From Gammaproteobacteria bacterium (GTDB taxonomy: Bacteria; Pseudomonadota; Gammaproteobacteria; Magnimaribacterales; Magnimaribacteraceae), in assembly GCA_015660645.1 (NCBI GenBank), contig DQKS01000070.1:5417-69416 (forward strand): a DNA stretch of 64,000 bases, in the 5' to 3' direction. Shown piece after piece: positions 50,033-60,117 of the stretch; positions within the stretch are counted from its first letter, which is position 1; each line of letters starts with the position of its first letter. The position numbers and the translations under genes were made by a program. The notes beneath the pieces were generated by a model that ran no database searches, was not told the DNA's origin, and was given only the letters and a program-made list of their open reading frames with translations.

Positions 50033-51886
50033 ATGCTACATATTTCTGATCTACAAAGCCAAGAGTCTAGCCTTAAAGGCCTTAAAAGAAGATCGAAGAT
50101 AATTATGGTTTTTCTTTTTATTATTTCATTAGCTAGTGTTATTCAGATCCTAAATCTTACCGTCATAGATCAAGAAAATTATGTAACGGAATCAGAAAAG
50201 AATCGGATTGTCAGGATTCCTGTTTATCCTTCAAGAGGTCTTATAGCTTTGTCTAACGACAACAGTGTAATAGTGGAAAATATTGTTTCTCAAAAACTTA
50301 CTATCAGTCTTAATAGCACAGAAGATGTTGTTTCTACTATTAGTGATATCCAAAAAAGTATTGGTATATCTCAGGAGGTTATTCAATCTTTCTTCAATGT
50401 TACCTCTTCTAGTTCAAGAAATATAAATCTTACTTTGATAGATGATATGACAGAAGAGCAGGTAGCTAAATACTTGCTACATAAAGAAAGATGGCCATCT
50501 GTAAATATAGATGCTTATTTAAAGCGGTACGTAATAAATGGGCCTTTATTTGCTCATGTCATCGGATATACAGGAGCCATTTCAAGTCAAGAAAGACAAG
50601 ATGTTGAAGAATATAGATACCTTATAGATTCTAGGATAGGGAAATCGGGTTTAGAGAAAACATATGAAAATGAATTAAGAGGTAAGATTGGTTATAGAAC
50701 TTTAGAAGTTGACGTGCACGGAAAAGAAGTAAGAGAGTTAGAGAAAGTTTTACCTTCCAAGGCAAAAAATATATTCCTCAGTTTAGACAAAGAACTTCAA
50801 GAATTAGCAAGAAGAGAGCTTAAAGGGAGAAAGGGGGCGGTCGTAGCGCTTGACCCAAATAATGGATACGTAAAAGCTCTTGTTAGTTCTCCCGATTACG
50901 ATCCAAATATTCTTAATGAAACTGCTAAGGGAGATATAAAATTTCTTATTTCTGACACTGATGCTCCTTTCTTCAACAGAGCTATTTCTGGTAATTATCC
51001 TCCGGCTTCAACATTAAAGCCTTTTCTTGCTTTATTGGGTTTAGAAAATGGATTAATTGATTGGAATATTAAAATAGAAGACAAAGGTTTTTTTCAGATT
51101 AATGGAGAAGGCCGAAAATACAGAGGTTGGAAGCCAGAAGGTCATGGGGCTGTAGATTTAAAGAAAGCTATTGTTGAATCATCAGATGTATATTTTTATG
51201 AGCTGGCATTCAAAACAACAGTTGATAAAATTTATTCTTTCCTAAAACCCTTTGGTTTTGGTAAGAAGACAGGAATTAACCTAGTAGGTGAAGGAGAGGG
51301 GGTTTTGCCCACTAGAAATTGGAAGTTGGGAATGACAGGTGATGCCTGGTATGTTGGCGACACAATTAATCTTGGAATTGGTCAAGGATATATAACAACA
51401 ACACCACTTCAACTTGCTGTAGCTGTTTCTGTTTTAGCAACAAAAGGCAAGGTGTATAAGCCAAGTTTAGTAGAAAGAATTGATGACTCTTTTGTTGAAC
51501 CTATACTTTTAAACCAAGTTAGAATTAAAGATGAAAAAAACTGGAACAAGATAGAAGAATCGATGATTTCTGTTATTAATTCTTGGAACGGAACGGCGCA
51601 CAACATTTATAACAAAGAAGATGTGTTAATAGCAGGAAAAACAGGAACAGCTCAAATTAAAAGCTTAACAGAAGAAAATTTAAGCGTTCAAGAAGAATAT
51701 GAGGATGTTCGTCGAGATATTATGAAGCGAGACCACGCTATCTTTATTGGCTATGGTCCAATACCTAATCCTAATTTAGCCGTAGTGGTGGTTATAGAGA
51801 ATGGAGAGTCAGGTAGTGCTGTAGCAGCGCCTATCGCAAAATTACTTATTAACAACTATCAAAGAAAACAGGATTCAGATGTCTAA
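50033..51886 (+). CDS. mrdA: Penicillin-binding protein 2 (elongation transpeptidase)
   Basis: SxxK in PASTLKPF and KTGT in GKTGTAQ. The ATG at 50033, just after the rlmH stop, is preferred over the upstream in-frame start at 49994. Confidence 0.9.
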   Translation: MLHISDLQSQESSLKGLKRRSKIIMVFLFIISLASVIQILNLTVIDQENYVTESEKNRIVRIPVYPSRGLIALSNDNSVIVENIVSQKLTISLNSTEDVVSTISDIQKSIGISQEVIQSFFNVTSSSSRNINLTLIDDMTEEQVAKYLLHKERWPSVNIDAYLKRYVINGPLFAHVIGYTGAISSQERQDVEEYRYLIDSRIGKSGLEKTYENELRGKIGYRTLEVDVHGKEVRELEKVLPSKAKNIFLSLDKELQELARRELKGRKGAVVALDPNNGYVKALVSSPDYDPNILNETAKGDIKFLISDTDAPFFNRAISGNYPPASTLKPFLALLGLENGLIDWNIKIEDKGFFQINGEGRKYRGWKPEGHGAVDLKKAIVESSDVYFYELAFKTTVDKIYSFLKPFGFGKKTGINLVGEGEGVLPTRNWKLGMTGDAWYVGDTINLGIGQGYITTTPLQLAVAVSVLATKGKVYKPSLVERIDDSFVEPILLNQVRIKDEKNWNKIEESMISVINSWNGTAHNIYNKEDVLIAGKTGTAQIKSLTEENLSVQEEYEDVRRDIMKRDHAIFIGYGPIPNPNLAVVVVIENGESGSAVAAPIAKLLINNYQRKQDSDV

Positions 51887-53003
51887 TAGGCCTTTAGACT
51901 ATAATCTCAATAAACCTTTTTCTTCTTCGAGATTTTCACTTTCTCTAATTTTTAAAGATAACATATTAGTTTTTTCTGTTTTGGTAGTTCTGGGATTTGG
52001 TCTCTTTATGTTATACAGCGCTAGCGGTCAATCTGAATCAATGGTCTTAAGACAACTGGCCTATGCGGTTCTTGGTTTTTTAGGAATGCTTATTATTGCT
52101 CAACTTAGTTCAGTTGCTTATCAGAACATTCTTATTAATTTATATTGGATAGGATTGATAATGCTTATTTATGTATTGATTTTTCCCGATGACAGTCAGG
52201 TAACAAAGAGATGGATTGATCTAGGTCTATTTAGTTTCCAACCTTCCGAAGTGATACGCTTAATTTTGCCTTTATCAATAGCTGCTTTCTTAACAAGGAA
52301 AGAATTAAAACCAAAGTATTCTGAGTGGTTTATTTCACTTATGGCAGTTTTACTGGTTTCTTTTTTAATTTATAAACAGCCAGATTTAGGTACTGCATTA
52401 ATAGTATTTGCCTCTGGATTCTTACCTATATTTCTAACTGGATTTCCTGTTCTTATTATTATCCTTTCTTTAATTTTAATAGGAATTTTTTCCCCTTTTA
52501 TTTATGCTGGATTGAGCCTTTATCAACAACAAAGAATAATGACTTTCTTTGATCCTAATGCGGACCCATTGGGTACAGGCTGGAATATTGCGCAGTCAAA
52601 AACAGCAATTGGTTCTGGTGGGTATTTTGGGAAGGGGTACTTGTCAGGAACCCAAAGCCAGCTTGATTTTATACCAGAAAGTCATTCAGATTTTATCTTT
52701 GCAGTTATAGCTGAAGAATTAGGTTTGCTGGGAATAATTTTATTATTTTTAGCGTATGCAATAATAATCTATAGGATCTTTTTTATAGCATTTCGGTCCG
52801 AGACTATTTTTGGTAGACTTGCTTCTGCTTCTATAGGTTTTATCTTTCTCATTTTTATTTTAATAAATATTTCTATGGTAGTCGGTATAATTCCTGTAGT
52901 AGGTGTTCCATTGCCTCTTGTTAGTCAAGGTGGAACGTCGTTAGCTACTCATTTATTAGCTTTTGGATTTGTTTTATCAGTAAAAAAAAGAAGCGGATGG
53001 TAA
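51879..53003 (+). CDS. rodA: Peptidoglycan glycosyltransferase RodA (SEDS family)
   Basis: Multi-TM SEDS protein. ...QPSE..., ...DFIF..., ...PLPLVSQGGTS.... Confidence 0.9.
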   Translation: MSNRPLDYNLNKPFSSSRFSLSLIFKDNILVFSVLVVLGFGLFMLYSASGQSESMVLRQLAYAVLGFLGMLIIAQLSSVAYQNILINLYWIGLIMLIYVLIFPDDSQVTKRWIDLGLFSFQPSEVIRLILPLSIAAFLTRKELKPKYSEWFISLMAVLLVSFLIYKQPDLGTALIVFASGFLPIFLTGFPVLIIILSLILIGIFSPFIYAGLSLYQQQRIMTFFDPNADPLGTGWNIAQSKTAIGSGGYFGKGYLSGTQSQLDFIPESHSDFIFAVIAEELGLLGIILLFLAYAIIIYRIFFIAFRSETIFGRLASASIGFIFLIFILINISMVVGIIPVVGVPLPLVSQGGTSLATHLLAFGFVLSVKKRSGW

Positions 53004-54148
53004 ATATAAAGAACAAAGTGATTAATTCCATCGCATTAGGGTTGTTGTTAATTCCTTTAAACATATATTCACAAGTTACAGGTAATTATTCATCGAGAGA
53101 TGAGGTGTCTACTTTTGTTGATAATATGAGTTTAAAACATGGTTTTGATAGAAATAAACTGATGGTTTTATTATCTAACTCAGTTTTTCAAGAAAAAGTA
53201 GTTCGTATTATGGATAGGCAACCTGAGGGAACTATGACGTGGACCCGTTATAAAAATATGATGGTTACAGAAGCAAGATTAGAATCTGGAAGTGAGTTTA
53301 TAAGGGAGCATAGAGGAGCTCTAAAAAGAGCAGAAGATTTATATGGTGTCCCTGCTTCAATCATTGCTTCAATAATCGGTATTGAAACAAGGTACGGCAG
53401 AATCCAAGGAAACATCAAGGTTATAGACTCCTTGATGACCCTTTCTTTTGATTACCCAAGAAGAGGAAATTTCTTTAGGACTCAACTAGAAGAGTTTTTG
53501 CTACTTTGCAGAGAAGAGGGATTTGATGCTAAAGAAATTAAAGGTTCAATTGCAGGCGCTATGGGGTACGGTCAATTTATGCCAGACAGCTATCGAAATT
53601 ATGCAGTAGATTTTGATGGAGATAGTGTAAGAGATCTCTTGTCCAACCCAGTTGATGCTATTGGTAGCGTAGCTAACTTTCTGAGTAAAAAAGGGAAATG
53701 GAAATCGAATATACCGGTTGCTATAATGACAAATTTTACTGGGAGCCGCCTTGGTTCAGATAAAAGTCATAAAATTAATTCTGGAGAAAATCTTTCACTA
53801 ATTGCAAAAAAATATAGAACTTCTGTTTCTTTAATTGCTAAGAATAATAACCTAGAAAACTATAACCAGATTGTGCAAGGACAAACTTTAATAATACCTG
53901 GGAAAGGTAATCTTAAATCAGCTTTTAAACCCTATATGACATTAAATGATGCAAATTTGATGGGTTTATCACCAAAAGAACCAGTTACAGGAAATTTAAA
54001 GGTAGTACCCATTGAGCTTCAGTTAGATAATGGCTACGAGTATTGGTTGGGCTTTGATAATTATTATTCTCTATCGAGATATAATCGAAGTAAGCTTTAT
54101 GTAATGGCAGTTTTAGAATTTAGTAAGTCACTTTCTAAATTCTTTTAA
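52997..54148 (+). CDS. mltB: Lytic murein transglycosylase B with an inserted LysM domain
   Basis: IIGIETRYG catalytic region, GYGQFMP, and C-terminal YYSLSRYNRSKLYVMAV. The LysM-like segment is HKINSGENLSLIAKKYRTSVSLIAKNNNL...GQTLIIPG. Confidence 0.85.
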   Translation: MVNIKNKVINSIALGLLLIPLNIYSQVTGNYSSRDEVSTFVDNMSLKHGFDRNKLMVLLSNSVFQEKVVRIMDRQPEGTMTWTRYKNMMVTEARLESGSEFIREHRGALKRAEDLYGVPASIIASIIGIETRYGRIQGNIKVIDSLMTLSFDYPRRGNFFRTQLEEFLLLCREEGFDAKEIKGSIAGAMGYGQFMPDSYRNYAVDFDGDSVRDLLSNPVDAIGSVANFLSKKGKWKSNIPVAIMTNFTGSRLGSDKSHKINSGENLSLIAKKYRTSVSLIAKNNNLENYNQIVQGQTLIIPGKGNLKSAFKPYMTLNDANLMGLSPKEPVTGNLKVVPIELQLDNGYEYWLGFDNYYSLSRYNRSKLYVMAVLEFSKSLSKFF

Positions 54149-54159
54149 GAGAGAAAATT

Positions 54160-55332
54160 ATGAAGAGGTTTTGTTTATTTACTTTTAAGATCTTGATTAT
54201 TGGGTTAATGCCGATACAGCTTCTTTTTGCTGAAGAAAGTTTTATTCCAGAGCCGCCTTCGGTTAATGCGCAATACTTTATTTTAAAAGATGCAGTTTCA
54301 GGAAGGATTCTGGCCGAACAAGGTGCGGATGAGAGAGTTGCACCAGCAAGCATTACAAAAATTATGACGGGTTATGTTGTTGCGGACCAAATTGATAAAG
54401 GCTTTATTAGTGCCGATGAAGAAGTTTTTATTAGTGAGAACTGTTGGAGGAAAGGCGGGTCAAAAATGTTCATTAAAGAAGGCTCAAGAGTCTTAGTTTC
54501 TGATCTCATTAAAGGCATGGTTATCCAGTCTGGCAATGATGCCAGTTGTGCATTAGCTGAACACACAGCTGGCTCGGAGGAAGGTTTTGTTGACCTAATG
54601 ATGGTCTATGTAAGAGACCTTGGTCTTGATAATACAAATTTTGTAAATGTTTGGGGCGGAACAGATTCGGAACACTATTCTACCGCTAGAGATCTTGCTT
54701 TGTTATCTCAGAAGTTAATCGAGAAATTTCCTGACCATTATTCAATTTATAAAGAGAAATATTTTACTTTTAACAATATTAAACAGAGAAATAGAAACAG
54801 TCTGCTCTGGCAGGATGACTCCATTGATGGAATGAAAACAGGACATACAGAGAGCGCAGGCTACTGTTTAGTTTCTTCTGGCGTAAGAAATGATACAAGG
54901 CTTATAGCTGTTACATTGAAGAGTAGCAGTGAAAAACGAAGGCTGACTGACAACCGTCGTTTGTTAGATTATGGTTTTAGGTACTTTAGAACAAAGAAGA
55001 TTCTTTCAGTAAATAAAAGCATCAAAGTAGAAGAAGTTTGGGGAGGAGAGCAGGAAACAATTAGCTTGGAATCTGCTAAAGATGTTTATATAACGCTCAC
55101 GCCAAGAGATTTTAAAAGAATTGAACCTGTTGTTGAGCTTGATGATTATTTGCAAGCCCCTTTAAGTAAAGGACAAGTTGTAGGAAGAATTACCCTTTCT
55201 TTAGATGGAGAAGTTTTAAAATCTGTAGAACTTATTTCTTCAGAAAATGTTGAATCTTTAGGTTTCTTTGGACGGGCATGGTCCAACGTAAAGTTATTGA
55301 CTTATAGGTTCCTTACAGATGAAGAAACTTAA
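54160..55332 (+). CDS. dacA: D-alanyl-D-alanine carboxypeptidase (PBP5/6 class)
   Basis: SxxK (PASITKIMT), SGN (IQSGNDAS) and KTG (MKTGHT). Signal peptide present. Confidence 0.88.
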   Translation: MKRFCLFTFKILIIGLMPIQLLFAEESFIPEPPSVNAQYFILKDAVSGRILAEQGADERVAPASITKIMTGYVVADQIDKGFISADEEVFISENCWRKGGSKMFIKEGSRVLVSDLIKGMVIQSGNDASCALAEHTAGSEEGFVDLMMVYVRDLGLDNTNFVNVWGGTDSEHYSTARDLALLSQKLIEKFPDHYSIYKEKYFTFNNIKQRNRNSLLWQDDSIDGMKTGHTESAGYCLVSSGVRNDTRLIAVTLKSSSEKRRLTDNRRLLDYGFRYFRTKKILSVNKSIKVEEVWGGEQETISLESAKDVYITLTPRDFKRIEPVVELDDYLQAPLSKGQVVGRITLSLDGEVLKSVELISSENVESLGFFGRAWSNVKLLTYRFLTDEET

Positions 55333-55340
55333 ATTCGTAG

Positions 55341-56192
55341 ATGTCTTGGGCGTATTTAAATAACTCGTTTCATAGAAAAGAAGAAGTTTCAATTTCTCCT
55401 TATGATCGTGGTTTTTTATTTGGAGATGGTGTTTATGAAGTAATACCATCTTACTCGGGTGAGATGTTGTTGTACGATGAGCACATATCCAGACTTGCAA
55501 GATCACTAGAGGCAGTTTCCATAGACAAACCTCGTCAATGGAACAATTTAGAGCCGATTATTGAAGATTTATTACAAAGGAATAAATTTCAAAATCAGGC
55601 AGTGTATATACAAGTTACTAGAGGCCAGGATAAAATACGTTCACACGTTCCTGATAAGTTAACTGCTCCTACTTTATTCATAGAGTCGTCTGAGTTATCC
55701 ACTGATTTACTCCAACCTGACTTTAAAGAGCCCTTGATAGATGTTGGAATGAAAGAAGATTTAAGATGGTCTAGATGTGATATTAAAGCCATCACTTTGT
55801 TAGGAAATGTACTAACTTTAAATGAATTGAATGATGTGGGGCTCGAGGAAGTTATTTTTTATAAAGATGGATATATAACTGAAGGCGCTAAATCTAATAT
55901 ATTTTTTGTATTTGGTGAGGAAATAGTCACTCCGCCTACATCTAAAAATATTCTTAGTGGAACTACCAGGAATTACTTGATTGATCTCTTAAGGAAGAAT
56001 AATTTTAATGTCATGGAGAGGGAAATCTCAGTAAAAGAGATAGAAGAAGCGGATGAAATTTGGTTCTCTAGTTCCGTTCAAGTCTTAAGAATGGTTCATA
56101 AAATAAATAATAAGCTTATTTTGGAGAAAGATTTCAAAAACACTATCGGTTATAAGGCCATAGAGTTATTAAGACAAGATATTCTTGTTTAG
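55341..56192 (+). CDS. dat: Class IV (fold type IV) aminotransferase, D-amino-acid aminotransferase-like
   Basis: 283 aa. RGFLFGDGVYEVIP and EHISRLARS resemble Bacillus Dat. PabC/IlvE cannot be fully excluded. Confidence 0.65.
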   Translation: MSWAYLNNSFHRKEEVSISPYDRGFLFGDGVYEVIPSYSGEMLLYDEHISRLARSLEAVSIDKPRQWNNLEPIIEDLLQRNKFQNQAVYIQVTRGQDKIRSHVPDKLTAPTLFIESSELSTDLLQPDFKEPLIDVGMKEDLRWSRCDIKAITLLGNVLTLNELNDVGLEEVIFYKDGYITEGAKSNIFFVFGEEIVTPPTSKNILSGTTRNYLIDLLRKNNFNVMEREISVKEIEEADEIWFSSSVQVLRMVHKINNKLILEKDFKNTIGYKAIELLRQDILV

Positions 56193-57160
56193 AAAGTTAA
56201 AGTCAGTTCTCTAATGGCTTGCCAAGAATCTTGCTGACTGCCGCCCTTAATTGAAGAGTCTATTTTAGCTATTTGCTGTAACGCACGTTTCAGGTCTGAC
56301 AAAGAAATTTTATTAGCAGACTCTTCAAGAGTGCTTAAATAATGCCTGGGTCCCCATATGCCTTTTGTTGATTTTTGATTCATTACCTTAAAGAGATTTG
56401 TTAATTCCCTCGATAAGGACCATAAAATGAGTGTCTCAGGAGTTCCTTCAGCTTTTAAGGATTCTAGAACAATAGCCGTTCTTTTCTTATTGCCGGCAAT
56501 AAAGGCATTAGATAAATCAAAAATATCATATTTAGAAGAATCAGAGATAGAAGAGGCCATTTTTTTAATATCAATATTTTGATTAGGAAATAATAAAGCA
56601 AGTTTCTTAATTTCTTGCAGAGTAGCCAGAAGATTTCCTTCTGTTTTTTCTGCAAGTAGATGACTAGCTTCTGAGGAAATTTCTAGTTCGTACTTTTGCC
56701 CCGTTTCTATAATCCATTTCGGGAGTTGGTTTAAAGTTATGGAATTAATAATTATCAGGCATCCTGCTTCTTCAAGAGCTTTTATCCAAGCAGAAGAATG
56801 AGTTTTCTTCTCTAACCCCTCTGCTGAGATGATTAGCACTTTAGAGGGATCTGGATTGATTGCGTAATCTTTTAAAGCCTTTGACCCGGCTACACCCGGT
56901 CCTGTTCCTATCAATTTAATTTCTAAAATTTTTTTAGCTCCGAACAGATCATAATTTTCAGATGAAGCCTTAAGGAAAGACCAATCTGTTTGTTTAGAAA
57001 TAATGTAGTTAGTTTTTTCTACATAATCTTCTAACTTAGCTTTAGCACAAATTTGGTCTACTAACTCTTGAATTTGTAGAGATTCTTCACCAATTAAAGC
57101 GTAGATTGGTTGAATGCCTGAAATAAGTGAGTTTTCAATATCTTGAGGAGAGACTTTCAT
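56189..57160 (-). CDS. holA: DNA polymerase III subunit delta
   Basis: 323 aa. Conserved position downstream of lptE and leuS. N-terminal ...PIYALIGEESLQIQE.... Confidence 0.82.
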   Translation of the reverse strand: MKVSPQDIENSLISGIQPIYALIGEESLQIQELVDQICAKAKLEDYVEKTNYIISKQTDWSFLKASSENYDLFGAKKILEIKLIGTGPGVAGSKALKDYAINPDPSKVLIISAEGLEKKTHSSAWIKALEEAGCLIIINSITLNQLPKWIIETGQKYELEISSEASHLLAEKTEGNLLATLQEIKKLALLFPNQNIDIKKMASSISDSSKYDIFDLSNAFIAGNKKRTAIVLESLKAEGTPETLILWSLSRELTNLFKVMNQKSTKGIWGPRHYLSTLEESANKISLSDLKRALQQIAKIDSSIKGGSQQDSWQAIRELTLTF

Positions 57161-57669
57161 TCTTTAAAAGTAGAGGAGAGTATTTCTATTTTCTTTATAG
57201 CAAGTTGGATGAAGTCTACATTGGTATCTTTTTCTTCTGTCTCCATGGCTAGTATTTGAGAATCATCATAAGCAAGATATTTTACATCTTTGATTTTGTG
57301 ATAGGTTTTATTAGAGGTCATTGGGTTTTCAAGACTAAAATCAAGATTGTAGTCTATTCTAACTTCTAAGGTCCTAGCCCCGGCTCCTTGGCCGGAAGAA
57401 AATCTTTTAGTTTGATGATTATTAATATTAATGATTAGATCAAGATCATTAATTTCTTCTTTTTTATAAATCAAGACATTATTATTTGCTTTTCTTAGCT
57501 CCTCTATGAAGAGTCGGTTAAGAGAATTAGAATCAGAAATAACAGCTATATTTTTATTAGATAGAAAGGAAGGACTTTCTCTAAGATTGTATCCGCAGCT
57601 TTGAAGGCTAATTAATAAGAATATAAACAGTAAATATTTAAGATTCAGGGTCAATCTAAAGCCTTTCAT
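57157..57669 (-). CDS. lptE: LPS-assembly lipoprotein
   Basis: Lipobox LQSCGY. 170 aa. leuS-lptE-holA synteny with 4-nt overlaps on both sides. Confidence 0.82.
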   Translation of the reverse strand: MKGFRLTLNLKYLLFIFLLISLQSCGYNLRESPSFLSNKNIAVISDSNSLNRLFIEELRKANNNVLIYKKEEINDLDLIININNHQTKRFSSGQGAGARTLEVRIDYNLDFSLENPMTSNKTYHKIKDVKYLAYDDSQILAMETEEKDTNVDFIQLAIKKIEILSSTFKE

Positions 57670-60116
57670 ATTACTATATTAAGAAGCCGGCCTGGAACAA
57701 AAATAATTTTTTTGATTTCTTTCCCTTTTAAGAATTTTTGAATATTTATATCATTCAAGGCTGCCTCTTCAAAGGTTTCTTGATTTGCTTTAGGATCTAA
57801 ATCTACGGTTGCTCTCAGCTTGCCATTAATTTGGATTGCAATCTCTACAGTTTCTTCTACCAATAGAGCTACATCAGCTTCTGGCCAGATATGATCTATT
57901 ATCGGAGTATCTTCACCCAGTTCCCACCATAAGTGCTGAGACAAGTGAGGTGTTATAGGTGCGAGCATTATGATGATATTTTTGATAGCTTCATGGGCCG
58001 TCGATCTTTCAACAGTAGAAGCTTTATTATTTATAAAACTTTTTGGAATTTTATTTGAAAGTTCCATTACAGCAGCTATTGCGGTATTGAAGGAATGTCT
58101 TCTTTGATACTCATCTTTAACTTTATTTATAGTTTGATGAGTTTTTATCCTAAGAGAAAGTGTTTCTTTATTTTCATTGTCAAATTCTAATTCCTTAGGA
58201 ATCCCTGAAGCTATATGCTCTTGCGTTAGGTTCCAGATTCTATTTAAAAAACGAAAAGAGCCTTGAACGCCTTGGTCTGACCACTCAAGAGATTGATCTG
58301 GAGGTGCTGCGAACATCAAGAATAATCTTACAGTATCAGCACCATATTTTTTGATCAAATCATCTGGTTCTACAGTATTACCTTTTGATTTAGACATCTT
58401 TGATCCATCTTTCAAGACCATGCCTTGGCATAGCAGATTGTCAAACGGCTCTTCTCCTTCTACTAAGTCTAAATCTCTAAGACATCTATAGATAAACCTT
58501 GAGTAAAGCAGGTGTAAAACGGCATGCTCTATACCCCCTACATATTGATCTACTGGTAGCCAGTACTTTGCTCTCTCATCAAGCATTGAATTATCGCTAT
58601 TATAAGAAGCGAATCTTGCGTAATACCAAGATGACTGAAAGAAAGTATCAAAAGTATCAGTTTCTCTCTTTAAATTTTGCCCATCTTGCGTTACTTCAAG
58701 AAATTCATTTAATGTCCCAAGCGGAGAGCTTACTCCAGACAATTTAACATCTGTTGGTAATTGAACGGGAAGTTCATTGGCGGCAAAAATATCATCGTTA
58801 GAATTTTTTAAGATGGGTATGGGCACCCCCCAATAGCGTTGTCTAGAGACACCCCAATCTCTCAATCTATAATTAGTCTTACGGAATCCACAACCCAATT
58901 CTTTTGCTTTTTTTTCTATAGCCTCGAACGCTTCATCAAAATAGAGTCCGTTAAATTCATTTGAATTAATTAATCTATTCTTTTCAAGAATAGCTCCATT
59001 ATCAATATTATCTTGGTTAGAGCCCTCAATAACTTGTTTTATCTCCAGATTATATTTTTTTGCAAATTCATAGTCTCTTTGGTCATGAGCAGGGACGGCC
59101 ATTAATGCGCCTGATCCGTATTCAGATAAAACAAAATTTCCTATCCAGATAGGAAGTTCTTCTCCTGTAAAAGGATGTAAAGCAAAAAGACCTGTATTAA
59201 TTCCTAGCTTTTCTTGCTTGACTAGATCTGCTTCAGCAACTTTAATTTTATTTTGTTCTTCGATAAATCTCTTAATCTCGTCATTTTTCTTAGAAACCTC
59301 TATCGCAATATGATGGCTTGTAGACACGGCAAGAAAAGAGGCCCCCATAATAGTATCTGGTCGTGTTGTATAAACCCCAATTGTTTCATCAGTTCCTTTT
59401 ATTTTATAAGTAAATTCCATGCCTTCTGATTTACCAATCCAGTTTTTTTGCATGGTCTTGACTTGAGAAGGCCAACCTTCAAGTTTTTCAGTCCCTTCTA
59501 ATAATTCCTCTGCATAGTCAGTTATTTTAAGAAACCATTGTTTTAGTAGCCTTTTTTCTACTTCAACTCCAGATCTCCATCCCTTGCCATCTATAACTTG
59601 TTCATTGGCTAAAACAGTTTTGTCGACAGGGTCCCAATTTACCTCTGCTTCTTCTTGGTAAACTAAACCTTTCTCTAGTAATTGCAGAAAAAACCACTGT
59701 TCCCACTTATAGTAATTTGGATCACAGGTTGCAAACTCCCTTTTCCAATCATACGCAAACCCCATTCTTTGAAATTGCAGTTTCATTGAATCTATATTTT
59801 GTTTAGTCCAATCAGAAGGTGATACTTGATTCTTAATTGCGGCGTTTTCAGCCGGCAAACCAAAAGCATCCCATCCCATTGGTTGCATAACATTCTTTCC
59901 CAACATTCTTTGGAATCTACTGATGGTATCTCCTATCGTGTAGTTTCTTACATGGCCCATATGGATTGATCCGCTTGGATATGGAAACATGCTTAGACAG
60001 AAGAATTTTTCTTTGTCTGGATCTTCTGTAACTGAGAATATATCGTTCTCATTCCAAAATTGCTGAATCTGTCTTTCTAGTTCTTCGGGTTCATAAGGTT
60101 TGTCTTTGTTAGACAT
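57666..60116 (-). CDS. leuS: Leucine--tRNA ligase
   Basis: HIGH-type motif (HMGHVRNY) and KMSKS present. 816 aa. Confidence 0.96.
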   Translation of the reverse strand: MSNKDKPYEPEELERQIQQFWNENDIFSVTEDPDKEKFFCLSMFPYPSGSIHMGHVRNYTIGDTISRFQRMLGKNVMQPMGWDAFGLPAENAAIKNQVSPSDWTKQNIDSMKLQFQRMGFAYDWKREFATCDPNYYKWEQWFFLQLLEKGLVYQEEAEVNWDPVDKTVLANEQVIDGKGWRSGVEVEKRLLKQWFLKITDYAEELLEGTEKLEGWPSQVKTMQKNWIGKSEGMEFTYKIKGTDETIGVYTTRPDTIMGASFLAVSTSHHIAIEVSKKNDEIKRFIEEQNKIKVAEADLVKQEKLGINTGLFALHPFTGEELPIWIGNFVLSEYGSGALMAVPAHDQRDYEFAKKYNLEIKQVIEGSNQDNIDNGAILEKNRLINSNEFNGLYFDEAFEAIEKKAKELGCGFRKTNYRLRDWGVSRQRYWGVPIPILKNSNDDIFAANELPVQLPTDVKLSGVSSPLGTLNEFLEVTQDGQNLKRETDTFDTFFQSSWYYARFASYNSDNSMLDERAKYWLPVDQYVGGIEHAVLHLLYSRFIYRCLRDLDLVEGEEPFDNLLCQGMVLKDGSKMSKSKGNTVEPDDLIKKYGADTVRLFLMFAAPPDQSLEWSDQGVQGSFRFLNRIWNLTQEHIASGIPKELEFDNENKETLSLRIKTHQTINKVKDEYQRRHSFNTAIAAVMELSNKIPKSFINNKASTVERSTAHEAIKNIIIMLAPITPHLSQHLWWELGEDTPIIDHIWPEADVALLVEETVEIAIQINGKLRATVDLDPKANQETFEEAALNDINIQKFLKGKEIKKIIFVPGRLLNIVI

Positions 60117-60117
60117 A

